DNA from: Acidimicrobiales bacterium
GTDB lineage: Bacteria; Actinomycetota; Acidimicrobiia; Acidimicrobiales; SZUA-35
DNA length: 61,468 nucleotides
Direction of reading: 5' to 3'
Assembly (NCBI GenBank): GCA_047971245.1
Contig: JBKDZN010000165.1
Coordinates: 1 to 61,468, forward strand
Under the pieces are notes generated by a model, which saw only the letters and a list, made by a program, of their open reading frames with translations, did no database searches and had not been told where the DNA came from. Of this stretch, positions 32,705 to 41,919 are shown in pieces (positions within the stretch are counted from its first letter, which is position 1; each line of letters starts with the position of its first letter). The position numbers were made by a program, and so were the translations under genes.

Positions 32705-34474
32705 TCAGGTGATGATGGCGACGATGTCGCCCCCACTGACCGAGTCGCCGGTGGACACCTTGATCTCCGACACCGTGCCCGCCTTCTCGGCCACCACATT
32801 GTTCTCCATCTTCATGGCCTCGAGCACGATGATGGTGTCACCGGCGGCGACCTCGTCACCCTCGGCGGCGACGACGTTGACCACGGTGCCCTGCATGGGG
32901 ACCACCACATTGCCGGAACCGCTGCCGGCCGCGGCGCCGCCGCTGGGACCCCGGCGCTTCGGCCGACGGGCTCCGCCGCCCCGGCCGCCGGGGGCGGCCA
33001 GCTGGGATTCGGGAACCCACATGCTCACCGCGAACCGCTTGCCGTTGACCTCGACGTCGACGTCGCGCTTGACCTTCGGCTCCGGCTCCTCGCCGTCCTC
33101 GGCGTCGGTCTCGGCGGGTGCGGCCACCCCGGACAGGTCGAGGACCTCCTCCACCCACTTGGTGGAGTGCTCCACGTTGGCGAAGTCCGCCGCGGCGAGA
33201 ATGGCCACATCGGCGGGAATGGTGGTGGCGATCCCCCCGACCTCCATCTCGTCCAGGGCCCGCAGGGTCCGGGCGATGGCGGTGGGCCGGTCGGCGCCCC
33301 AGCAGATCAGCTTGCCGACCAGGTTGTCGTAGTACTGGCTGACCTCGTCGCCGGCCTCGTAGCCGCCGTCCCAACGGACCCCGTAGCCGGAGGGGACCCG
33401 CAGGCTGGTGATCCGGCCCGGCGACGGCATGAAGGCCCCGCCCGCCGGGTTCTCGGCGTTGATCCGGACCTCGATGGCGTGGCCGTCGATCTGGACCTCG
33501 TCCTGGGACAGGGGGAGCTCCGCCCCCGACGCCACGGCGAGCTGCAGGGCGACCAGGTCGAGCCCGGTGACCATTTCGGTGACCGGGTGCTCCACCTGGA
33601 GCCGGGTGTTCATCTCCAGGTAGTAGAACGAGCCGTTCTCGTACAGGAATTCGACCGTGCCGGCGTTGGTGTAGTTGCAGCCGTGCGCCACCTTGACCGC
33701 GGCCTCGCCCATGGCGGCCACGGTGTCGGCCGGGATGTCGGGGGCCGGGGCCTCCTCGATCAGCTTCTGGTGGCGCCGCTGGGCCGAGCAGTCCCGTTGC
33801 CCCAGGTAGACCCCATTGCCGTGCTGGTCGCACATGACCTGCACCTCGATGTGGCGGGGCCTGGTCAGGTAGCGCTCGAGGTAGCACTCGCCCCGCCCGA
33901 ACGAGGCGGTGGCCTCCCGCTGGGCCGATTCGAGGGCGCCGGCGGCCTCGTCGGCCGAGTGGACGACCTTCATGCCGCGGCCACCGCCGCCGAAGGCGGC
34001 CTTCACCGCGACCGGCCACCCGTGCTCGTCGCCGAAGGTCACGATCTCGGCCGGGTCGGTCAGGAACTCGGTGTTGCCGGGCACACCCTCGACGCCGACC
34101 TTCTCGGCCGCCGCCCGGGCGCTGATCTTGTCGCCCATGACCTCGATGGCTTCGGGGGGCGGGCCGATGAAGGTGACCCCGCGCTCGGTGATCGCCCGAG
34201 CAAAGTCGGCGTTCTCGGAGAAGAACCCGTAGCCGGGGTGCACCGCGTCGGCCCCGGACCGTTCGATGATGTCGAGGATGGCATCGGTGTTGAGGGAGCT
34301 CTCGGCCGCGGTCTGGCCGCCGAGCGCGAACGCCTCGTCGGCCAGGCGCACGTGCAGGGCGTCGCGATCAAGGTCGGAGTAGACCGCAACGGTGGGAATC
34401 CCCAGGTCGCGGCAGGCACGGATCACCCGTACAGCGATCTCGCCCCGGTTCGCGATAAGGACCTTGTTGAACAT
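32705..34474 (-). CDS. accA: Acetyl/propionyl-CoA carboxylase alpha chain (biotin carboxylase plus BCCP)
   Basis: VLIANRGEIA, HPGYGFFSEN, GGGGRGM, QRRHQK, EMNTRLQVEH, EAMKME. Confidence 0.95.
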   Translation of the reverse strand: MFNKVLIANRGEIAVRVIRACRDLGIPTVAVYSDLDRDALHVRLADEAFALGGQTAAESSLNTDAILDIIERSGADAVHPGYGFFSENADFARAITERGVTFIGPPPEAIEVMGDKISARAAAEKVGVEGVPGNTEFLTDPAEIVTFGDEHGWPVAVKAAFGGGGRGMKVVHSADEAAGALESAQREATASFGRGECYLERYLTRPRHIEVQVMCDQHGNGVYLGQRDCSAQRRHQKLIEEAPAPDIPADTVAAMGEAAVKVAHGCNYTNAGTVEFLYENGSFYYLEMNTRLQVEHPVTEMVTGLDLVALQLAVASGAELPLSQDEVQIDGHAIEVRINAENPAGGAFMPSPGRITSLRVPSGYGVRWDGGYEAGDEVSQYYDNLVGKLICWGADRPTAIARTLRALDEMEVGGIATTIPADVAILAAADFANVEHSTKWVEEVLDLSGVAAPAETDAEDGEEPEPKVKRDVDVEVNGKRFAVSMWVPESQLAAPGGRGGGARRPKRRGPSGGAAAGSGSGNVVVPMQGTVVNVVAAEGDEVAAGDTIIVLEAMKMENNVVAEKAGTVSEIKVSTGDSVSGGDIVAIIT

Positions 34475-34508
34475 CCGATTGCCAGACACCCGCATATGGT
34501 TAGCCGAC

Positions 34509-35312
34509 ATGCAAGGCGTAAGGGAAGTACCGGGGACGCGTTTTTCGCCACTCCGCCACGTTCACGAGACCGGCTCCACCAACGCCGACCTGCTGGCGGC
34601 GGCCCAGACGGGTGCGCGCGAGGGCGCGGTGCTGGTCACCGATCATCAGACCGCGGGGCGGGGACGGCAAGGCCGATCCTTCCACGACGAGCCCGGCTCG
34701 GCCGCCCTGTTCTCGATCCTGTTGCGGCCCGAGCCGGACATCGCCGGCCTGGTCCCGCTGTTCATGGGCCTGGCCGCCGTCGATGCGGCCCACACCGTGA
34801 TCGGGCTCGATCCCGACACCACCGATCCCGTCGTCCGGCTCAAGTGGCCCAACGACCTGATCGTGCCCGGCCTGGGGGAACGGAAACTGGCGGGCATCCT
34901 GGCCGAGGCCACCACCGGCGCCGACGGCCGCCTGGCCGTGGTGGTGGGGATGGGAATGAACCTCCGCTGGGTCGAACCGCCCCCACCGGACATCGTGGCC
35001 CGGGCCGCCACCCTCGAGGAGGCGGCGCAGCAGGCCGGGGTGGCCGAGCCGGTCACCGATCGGGCCCGGCTCGTCACCGCGGTACTGGTCGCCCTCGAAG
35101 GCTGGCTCGGCCGGGCCGAGAACGGCCGGGTGGGCGACGTGCTGGACGCCTACCGGGCCCGGTGCGCCACCATCGGGCGCCAGGTCGACCTGGACACCCC
35201 GTCGGGTCCGTTGAGCGGCCTGGTGTGGACGGTGACCGACACCGGGGCGCTGCGGGTGGAGACCGGCCAGGGCCCCGTCGACGTGCTCGCCGGGGACGCC
35301 CACCACCGCTGA
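34509..35312 (+). CDS. birA: Biotin-protein ligase without N-terminal HTH
   Basis: TGSTN, QTAGRGRQGR, LKWPND, KLAGIL, GMGMN; divergent from accA. Confidence 0.94.
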   Translation: MQGVREVPGTRFSPLRHVHETGSTNADLLAAAQTGAREGAVLVTDHQTAGRGRQGRSFHDEPGSAALFSILLRPEPDIAGLVPLFMGLAAVDAAHTVIGLDPDTTDPVVRLKWPNDLIVPGLGERKLAGILAEATTGADGRLAVVVGMGMNLRWVEPPPPDIVARAATLEEAAQQAGVAEPVTDRARLVTAVLVALEGWLGRAENGRVGDVLDAYRARCATIGRQVDLDTPSGPLSGLVWTVTDTGALRVETGQGPVDVLAGDAHHR

Positions 35313-35361
35313 ACCGGGTCACCTCAACTCCGGACCGGTCCCGACCGATGGCTGATTGTCT

Positions 35362-36810
35362 ATGTCGGGACCATCACGTTCAGATCTGGCGGGCGGCGCG
35401 TCCCGGCGTGCTCCCGGGCGGCTCCGGCGGGCCGTGGTGGCCCTGCTGAGTGTCGTCGCGGTCACAGCCGCCGCTCCGACCGTCACCTCGGCCCAGGAGG
35501 GCCCCGGCACCGACCCGACCGCCCCGGCCACCGACACGACGTCCCCGCCCACCACGGCCCCGCCCACCACGGCCCCGCCCACCACGCTGCCGGTGCCCGG
35601 CGGGTCGGGCTCCGGGGGGACGACCACCACCTCGGGCCCGGGGCCGGACGGCTCAGGCCCCGACGCCTCCGGGCCGGCCGGCACCGTGGCCCCACCAGTC
35701 GATCCGGTGCCCGAGGAGGGGCCAGGTGAAACCGTGCCCGACACCGACGTCACCGTGCCACCGGCCACGGGTGGCGGCTACGGCGGTCAGGGGGCCTACC
35801 GCCCGCCGGCGGTGGTCTGGGGGGATCTGCGGGCGGCCGAGACGCGGTTGGCCGAGGCCGACGCGGCCCATCAGGCCGCCGTGGACGGCCTCAGGGCGGC
35901 CGAAGCCGAGCACGCTGCCCTCGATGCCGAGCTCGCCGACCTCGACGGCCGGACCCAGCAGGTGGTGGCCGACCTCGAACGGACCCGTGAGCGGTTGGTG
36001 CGTCGGGCGGTGGCCGGCTTCGTGGCCGACGAGGCGGTGACCGGCGAGCTCGTCGGATCCCTGATCGCCGAACCGGGGGTCTCCGCCGTCGACCACCGGG
36101 TGCGAGGGACGCTCCTCGGCGCAGCCATCGACGTCGACGACACCCTGATCGCCGACTATGTCGAGCTGCGGGCCCGCCTGGAAACCGACACGGCGGTGGC
36201 CGTCGAGGCCCGAGCCGACGCGGCCCAACGCATCGTCACCCTGACCGCCGAGGTGGACGCCACGGGCGTCGCGGTCGAGCAGGCCGGGCGGGAGCTAGAG
36301 GTCTTCTCGGCCGGCAGCTCCGTGTACATCCCCGACGTGGTGTTCCCGGTGGCCGAGGGGTACGCCACCCCCCTGATCGACTCGTTCGGGTTCCCCCGCA
36401 TGCCGGGCACCCCGGACGCCCACTGGCACGAGGGGATCGACATCTTCGCCCCGGCCGGCACCCCACTGCTGGCGGCCGAGCGGGGGGTGATCACCAAGGT
36501 CGGCAGCAACCGGTTGGGCGGTCTGTCGGTCTGGCTGCGAGGGGCGAGCGGCGCCGACTGGTACTACGCCCACCTCCTGACGCACGCCCCGGGTCTCCAT
36601 GTCGGCCAGGTCGTCGAGGCCGGCACGGTTCTGGGCACGGTCGGGAACTCCGGCAACGCCGCGTCGACCCCGGCCCATCTCCACCTCCAGCTCCATCCCG
36701 GCGGCGGCTCGCCGGTCAATCCCTACCCCCTGCTCAAGTCGGTGTCGGACCGCGACGCCGTGCTCCGGGCCGCCCAGCCGTCCGAGGCCGCGGCGGCCGG
36801 CGCCGGCTGA
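35362..36810 (+). CDS. Secreted M23 peptidase with Pro/Thr linker and coiled coil
   Basis: Signal peptide, PTTAP repeats, helical region, HEGID, YYAHL, HLH. Confidence 0.9.
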   Translation: MSGPSRSDLAGGASRRAPGRLRRAVVALLSVVAVTAAAPTVTSAQEGPGTDPTAPATDTTSPPTTAPPTTAPPTTLPVPGGSGSGGTTTTSGPGPDGSGPDASGPAGTVAPPVDPVPEEGPGETVPDTDVTVPPATGGGYGGQGAYRPPAVVWGDLRAAETRLAEADAAHQAAVDGLRAAEAEHAALDAELADLDGRTQQVVADLERTRERLVRRAVAGFVADEAVTGELVGSLIAEPGVSAVDHRVRGTLLGAAIDVDDTLIADYVELRARLETDTAVAVEARADAAQRIVTLTAEVDATGVAVEQAGRELEVFSAGSSVYIPDVVFPVAEGYATPLIDSFGFPRMPGTPDAHWHEGIDIFAPAGTPLLAAERGVITKVGSNRLGGLSVWLRGASGADWYYAHLLTHAPGLHVGQVVEAGTVLGTVGNSGNAASTPAHLHLQLHPGGGSPVNPYPLLKSVSDRDAVLRAAQPSEAAAAGAG

Positions 36811-36829
36811 GCGGCGGCGACCCGCCGGG

Positions 36830-37699
36830 TCAGTCCCGGCGGGCCCGCGCCGAGTACCGGCCACGGTGGAGGGTGACCTCGACGGGCAACCCGAACGCGG
36901 CGCCCAGATTGGCGTCGGTCAGCACCCGGCGGATCGGGCCCGACGCCGTCATCCGGCCGGCCGCGATCACCGCGGCGTGGGTGGCTGTGGTCGGCACGTC
37001 CTCGACATGGTGGGTGATCAGCACCGACGGCACCGCGTCGGGCGCCGCGGCCAGGGCCTCCAGCGTGGCCACCAGCTCCTCCCGGCCCCCGAAATCCAGG
37101 CCGGCGGTGGGCTCGTCCAGCAGCAGCACGGCCGGTTCCGGCATCAGTACCCGGGCCAGGAGGACCCGTTGCCGTTCCCCACTCGACAGGGTCCCGAGGC
37201 GGCGGTCGCCGTAACCGGCCAGGCCCACCCGGGCCAGCAGGCCCTCGGCGCGTTCGGTGTCGGCGTCGTCGTAGTGGTGCCACCACGGTTCCAGGGCCCC
37301 GTAGCGGCCGCAGCGGACCACGTCGATGGCCGCGAGGCCGCCCCGAAGCTCGGCAGTGAGTGATGGGGAGAGCACGCCGAGCCGTCCCCGCAGGGCCCGC
37401 AGATCGGTGCGGCCGACCCGGCCGCCGAGCACGGTCACCTCGCCCCTGGTGGCCCGCCGGCGCCCCGCCGCCACCTCCATCAGGGTCGACTTGCCGCCCC
37501 CGTTGGGTCCGATGATCACCCAGTGCTGGCCCGGCTCCACCCGCCAGGTCACGTCGTCGAGGATGTCCCGGCCGTCCACGGTGACCCCGACCCCGGTGAG
37601 CTCGAGCCGGGCCCCGGGGCGGTCGCCCGTTCCCGCCCCGGCGGGATCCGCGGGCGAGGAGGCGGGGTTCGGGGGTGTGGCGGCAATGGGACTGGTCAC
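36830..37699 (-). CDS. Orphan ABC ATPase (ModF-like); start uncertain
   Basis: GPNGGGKS, LSSGERQRV, LLLDEPTAGLD, ITHHVED. Confidence 0.87.
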   Translation of the reverse strand: MTSPIAATPPNPASSPADPAGAGTGDRPGARLELTGVGVTVDGRDILDDVTWRVEPGQHWVIIGPNGGGKSTLMEVAAGRRRATRGEVTVLGGRVGRTDLRALRGRLGVLSPSLTAELRGGLAAIDVVRCGRYGALEPWWHHYDDADTERAEGLLARVGLAGYGDRRLGTLSSGERQRVLLARVLMPEPAVLLLDEPTAGLDFGGREELVATLEALAAAPDAVPSVLITHHVEDVPTTATHAAVIAAGRMTASGPIRRVLTDANLGAAFGLPVEVTLHRGRYSARARRD

Positions 37700-37831
37700 G
37701 GGGCTCAAGAGTGGATCGGCCCGACACCCCGCTGTCAACCCGCGCCGTGAGGGCGGTCGCGGCCGGTGTCGACGGTTGTGGCGGCGATTGCCTGTCGGCC
37801 CCGGGTTACGGCCCCGTTACGCTGACCGGCT

Positions 37832-38929
37832 GTGCGCAGCGCTCGGCTTCGGTACACGCGGGGCAGGGGGATGGCCCTCGCCGGAGTGGTGGCGTTGGGC
37901 GCGGTCCTGATCGGCTCCCCGGCCCGGGGCGACGAGCGGGCGATGGCCGGCCTGGCCGAGACGGTCGCCGCGGCCCCGGTCGACGGTGACGTGCTGCCAT
38001 CGGGCCTCGGCCGCCAGGAGCTTCGGCTCCGGATCGATCTCACCACCAAGGACCTGAACGCGGCCACCACCCGTCTCACCCAGCTCGACCAGGGCCTCGC
38101 GGTGGCTACCGGAGCGGCGGCCGACCTCGAGGTGGAGACCGACCGGGTGGGGGAGCAGACCCTCCAGTACGCCATCCGGGGCTACCAGCGCAGTGAACTC
38201 CCGGTCGGGCTGTTCGAAACCGACGACCTGGTGGACAGTATGCGGGCCGACACCCTGGAGACCGCCGCCCTCTCGGCCGACACGGCCGGCTTCGACGCCT
38301 ACCGGGATCTCCGCAAGGATCTGGAGATCCAGCAGGCGGAGGTGGTGGAACGGCAGGGCTGGGTGGCCGAGGCCAACGTCGAGGTGGCCGACCTGCAGAC
38401 CCGGCTCAACCAGGAGACCGTCGTGTTCGGCGAGATGGAGGAGCGTCGCATCCAGGCCTCGGCCACGGCCCTGTCGGTGCAGGCCAGCAACCGGGCCCAG
38501 GTCCGGGGGCGACGCCAGGGGTACTACCTCGACGTGTGCCCGGTGGCCGGGCCCCACAACTTCATCAACTCGTGGGGCTTCGCCCGCTCCGGAGGCCGAC
38601 GCCACCAGGGGGTCGACATCCTGGCCTCGGTCGGCACGCCCATCGTCGCCCCCGTCAGCGGTCGGGTGGAGCACTACTCCAACTCGCTCGGCGGCCGCTC
38701 GTTCCGCCTGTTCGGACCCAACGGGCTCTATCTCTACGGCACCCACATGTCCGGGTTCGCCAAACAGGGTGATGTGGTCGCCGGCGAGGTGATCGGCTAC
38801 GTGGGTGACGACGGCAATGCGGCCGGCATCCCCCACCTCCACTTCGAGATCCACCCCGGCGGTCAGGGCTCTCCGGCGGTCAACCCGTTCGCGGACTCGG
38901 CCGCGGTCTGCTCCGGCGCCCAGTACTGA
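37832..38929 (+). CDS. Secreted M23 peptidase with coiled coil
   Basis: Hydrophobic N-terminus, coiled coil, HQGVD, HLHFEIH. Confidence 0.88.
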   Translation: MRSARLRYTRGRGMALAGVVALGAVLIGSPARGDERAMAGLAETVAAAPVDGDVLPSGLGRQELRLRIDLTTKDLNAATTRLTQLDQGLAVATGAAADLEVETDRVGEQTLQYAIRGYQRSELPVGLFETDDLVDSMRADTLETAALSADTAGFDAYRDLRKDLEIQQAEVVERQGWVAEANVEVADLQTRLNQETVVFGEMEERRIQASATALSVQASNRAQVRGRRQGYYLDVCPVAGPHNFINSWGFARSGGRRHQGVDILASVGTPIVAPVSGRVEHYSNSLGGRSFRLFGPNGLYLYGTHMSGFAKQGDVVAGEVIGYVGDDGNAAGIPHLHFEIHPGGQGSPAVNPFADSAAVCSGAQY

Positions 38930-38941
38930 GGGGCCCGGTCG

Positions 38942-39826
38942 GTGGACATCGCGCTCGAGGCGTGGGGTGCCGACTACCCCCGGGTCGAGGAGGCGTGCCG
39001 GTTCGCCGAAGCGTCCGGCCTCGACGGCTTCACCTACGGGGAATCGCCGCACGGTCTGAACCTGGAATGCTGGAGCGTGCTGGCGGCACTGGCCCGGGTC
39101 ACCCACCGGATCCGGCTCGGTCCGGTCATCGCGAACGTCCTGCCCGAGTACCGCAGCCCCCTGCTCCTGGCCCGCCAGGCCGAGGCCGTCTCGGCGATCG
39201 CCCCGGGTCGGGTCGAACTCCGCACCGGGGTCGGCGCCGCCGCCGGCCACGCCCGGCCGTGGTGGAACCCCCACGGCATCGGCTACCCGAGCTACGACCG
39301 CCGGTTGGCCGATCTGGAGGAGGCCCTCGCCACCTGGGATCGACGGTGGGACGGTGCCGGCGTCGACATCCCGATCACGGTGGCCGCCACCGGCGAGCGG
39401 GCCATGGCCCTCGCCGCCCGCCACGCCCGCAGCTGGGAGACCTCCTTCTGCACCCCGACCGAGTACGTCCGACGTCGGACCCGGTTCGCGTCCATCGCGG
39501 CCAGGGTCGCCCCCGGCCGAACGGTCACCGGTTCGCTCGAGGTCGACGCCTTCGTGGCCACCACCAGGGCGGGCGTCGACGCGGTGCTCGCCGCCGCAGG
39601 CGCCGAGCGGGGCCGGGGCGAGGACCTCGGACCGGTGTTCGACCGGGCCCTGGTGGGCACCCCGGACCGGATCGCCGCCGATCTGGCGGCGTTGGCCCGC
39701 GCCGGGGTCGACCGGGTGCTCGTCGCCCCCCATGACCCCCTCGACCTCGACGCCATCGCCGCCCTCGCCGACGCGGGCCGTTTGGTGCGGGGCGGACCGG
39801 CGGGCACGACCGGGCCGGCCGGTTGA
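38942..39826 (+). CDS. LLM-class flavin-dependent oxidoreductase
   Basis: AEASGLDG, LAALARVTHRIRLG, RSPLLLARQA, GRVEL, LVGTPDRI. Confidence 0.8.
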   Translation: MDIALEAWGADYPRVEEACRFAEASGLDGFTYGESPHGLNLECWSVLAALARVTHRIRLGPVIANVLPEYRSPLLLARQAEAVSAIAPGRVELRTGVGAAAGHARPWWNPHGIGYPSYDRRLADLEEALATWDRRWDGAGVDIPITVAATGERAMALAARHARSWETSFCTPTEYVRRRTRFASIAARVAPGRTVTGSLEVDAFVATTRAGVDAVLAAAGAERGRGEDLGPVFDRALVGTPDRIAADLAALARAGVDRVLVAPHDPLDLDAIAALADAGRLVRGGPAGTTGPAG

Positions 39827-39854
39827 CCGGCCCGCATCCCGGGCGACGGTGCCC

Positions 39855-40622
39855 TCAGGCGCCGATGGAGTGGTAGCCGCCGTCGACGTGGATGATCGAC
39901 CCGGTGGTCTGCGGGAACCAGTCCGACAGCAGGGCCACGCAGGCCTTGGCCACCCCGGTGGAGTCGGTGACGTCCCAGCCCAGTGGGGCCCGCTTCACCC
40001 ATTCCTCCTCGAAGGCGGCGAACCCGGGAATGGCCTTGGCCGCGATCGTCTTCATCGGCCCGGCGGCCACCAGGTTGACCCGAACCTGGCGCGGCCCCAA
40101 CTCGCGGGCCAGGTACCGGTTGAGCGATTCGAGGGCGGCCTTGGCCACCCCCATCCAGTTGTAGGCCGGCCAGGAGACCGTGGCGTCGAAGGTCAGGCCC
40201 ACGATCGAGCCGCCGTCGGGCATGAGCGGGGTGACGATGTCGGATAGGGTGCGCAGCGAGTAGGCGGAGACCTCCACCGCGGTGGCCACGTCCGACCATT
40301 CCGGGGCGAAGAAGTCGTCGCCCAGGCACGCCTCGGGGGCGAACCCGATCGAATGGAGGGCGCCGTCCACCCGACCCCACCGGTCGGCCAGTTCGGTTCG
40401 CAGGGCGGCGGCGTGCTCCGGATCGGTCACGTCCAGCTCGAGCACATCGGGTACCGGGTCGAGCCGGCCGGCGGTGCGCCGGGTGAGCCGCAGGGCCCGC
40501 CCGAACCCGGTCAGGATCACGTTGGCGCCCTGCGCCTGGGCCAGCTCGGCCACCCCGTAGGCCAGGGAGTCGTCGGTGAGGACTCCGGTGATGAGCAGGT
40601 TCTTTCCTTCGAGCATGGTCAC
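39855..40622 (-). CDS. fabI: Enoyl-ACP reductase (FabI/InhA)
   Basis: LITGVLTDDSLA, HSIGFAP, LTFDA, YNWMGVAK, AAGPMKT, HVDGG. Confidence 0.94.
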   Translation of the reverse strand: MTMLEGKNLLITGVLTDDSLAYGVAELAQAQGANVILTGFGRALRLTRRTAGRLDPVPDVLELDVTDPEHAAALRTELADRWGRVDGALHSIGFAPEACLGDDFFAPEWSDVATAVEVSAYSLRTLSDIVTPLMPDGGSIVGLTFDATVSWPAYNWMGVAKAALESLNRYLARELGPRQVRVNLVAAGPMKTIAAKAIPGFAAFEEEWVKRAPLGWDVTDSTGVAKACVALLSDWFPQTTGSIIHVDGGYHSIGA

Positions 40623-40691
40623 GTGGCTTCGACCGTCGGTGATGGGCTGGGGTTACCGACGCCTCCGCCCCGGAAGCTAGCCTCAGCCATC

Positions 40692-41876
40692 GTGATCCAG
40701 CTCTATGACACGGCCCGCGACGCCATCGTCCCGTTCACCCCGGGGCCGCTGGTCACCATCTACACCTGCGGCATCACCCCGTACGACGCCACCCACATCG
40801 GTCACGCCGCCACCTACCTCACCTACGACGTGCTGCAGCGGCGGCTGCGTGATCTCGGCCACGACACCCACTGTGTCCGCAATGTGACCGACGTCGACGA
40901 CGACCTGTTGCGCAAGGCGCGCGAGCTCGACGTCCATTATCTCGATCTGGCCGCGGCGGAGACGGCCCGGTTCGACGACGACATGCGGGCCCTGGGGATG
41001 CTGCCGAGCTGGAGCGAACCCCGGGCCACGTCCGCCATCGCCGACATCCGCGGGTTCATCGGGATGGTGCTCGACCGGGGCCACGCCTACGAGGCCGGTG
41101 GAGCCGTCTACTTCGACGTCGGCTCCTGGCCCGCCTTCGGTGAGCTGTCCGGCTACGACCGGGAGACGATGCTGAAACTGGCCGCCGAGCGGGGCGGGAA
41201 TCCCGACGACCCGAACAAGCGTGACCCGCTCGACTTCGTCCTGTGGCAGCCCTCGGCCGAAGGTGAACCGGCGTGGGACACCCTGTGGGGCCCAGGCCGG
41301 CCCGGTTGGCACATCGAATGCTCGGCCCTGGCCATGCGGGAGCTCGACACCACCATCGACCTGCACGGGGGCGGCGCCGATCTGATCTTCCCCCACCACG
41401 AGTGCGAGTTGGCCCAGTCCCAGGCGGCCACCGGTGAGCCGTTCGTACGGCACTGGATGCACCAGGCCATGGTCCGCATGGACGGGCAGAAGATGTCGAA
41501 GTCGCTCGGCAACCTGGTCTTCGTCAGCGATCTCCGCGCCGAGTGGGATCCCCGGGCCATCCGCCTGGCCGTGGTCGACAACCACTACCGGTCCGAACTC
41601 GACTGGACCAACGACCGGATGCCCGCCGCTGCCACCCGGTTGGACCAGTGGCTGGCCGCCGGGCCCGGCGACGCCGCCCTCGACGAGGTCCGGGTGGCCC
41701 TCGACGACGACCTCAACACCCCCAGGGCGGTGGAGGCCATCGACCGGGCAGCCCGGGAGGGCCGTGGGATCGGGGACGCGGCCATGCTCCTTGGGGTCGA
41801 CCTGGCCGCCGGACCCGTGGCCCTGGATCCGTCGAGCTTCGGCTCGCCCCGGACGGTCGGCACGGGCGACGACTGA
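40692..41876 (+). CDS. mshC: MshC-like cysteine ligase (CysRS paralog, mycothiol biosynthesis)
   Basis: CGITPYDATHIGHAATY, GRPGWHIEC, FPHHE, KMSKSLGNLVFVS; 394 aa, no anticodon-binding domain. Confidence 0.75.
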   Translation: MIQLYDTARDAIVPFTPGPLVTIYTCGITPYDATHIGHAATYLTYDVLQRRLRDLGHDTHCVRNVTDVDDDLLRKARELDVHYLDLAAAETARFDDDMRALGMLPSWSEPRATSAIADIRGFIGMVLDRGHAYEAGGAVYFDVGSWPAFGELSGYDRETMLKLAAERGGNPDDPNKRDPLDFVLWQPSAEGEPAWDTLWGPGRPGWHIECSALAMRELDTTIDLHGGGADLIFPHHECELAQSQAATGEPFVRHWMHQAMVRMDGQKMSKSLGNLVFVSDLRAEWDPRAIRLAVVDNHYRSELDWTNDRMPAAATRLDQWLAAGPGDAALDEVRVALDDDLNTPRAVEAIDRAAREGRGIGDAAMLLGVDLAAGPVALDPSSFGSPRTVGTGDD

Positions 41877-41919
41877 AACTCCGGCTCGGCGCCGTCGCCC
41901 GGCCCGTACAATCGGGCCC

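Noticed and set aside
40692..41876. Annotation as cysteinyl-tRNA synthetase (cysS)
   Set aside because: MshC-type CGITPY motif and no anticodon-binding domain.
41877..41919. T-box or attenuator upstream of thrS
   Set aside because: Only 43 nt of spacer, with TACAAT 7 nt before the GTG; no room for a leader.
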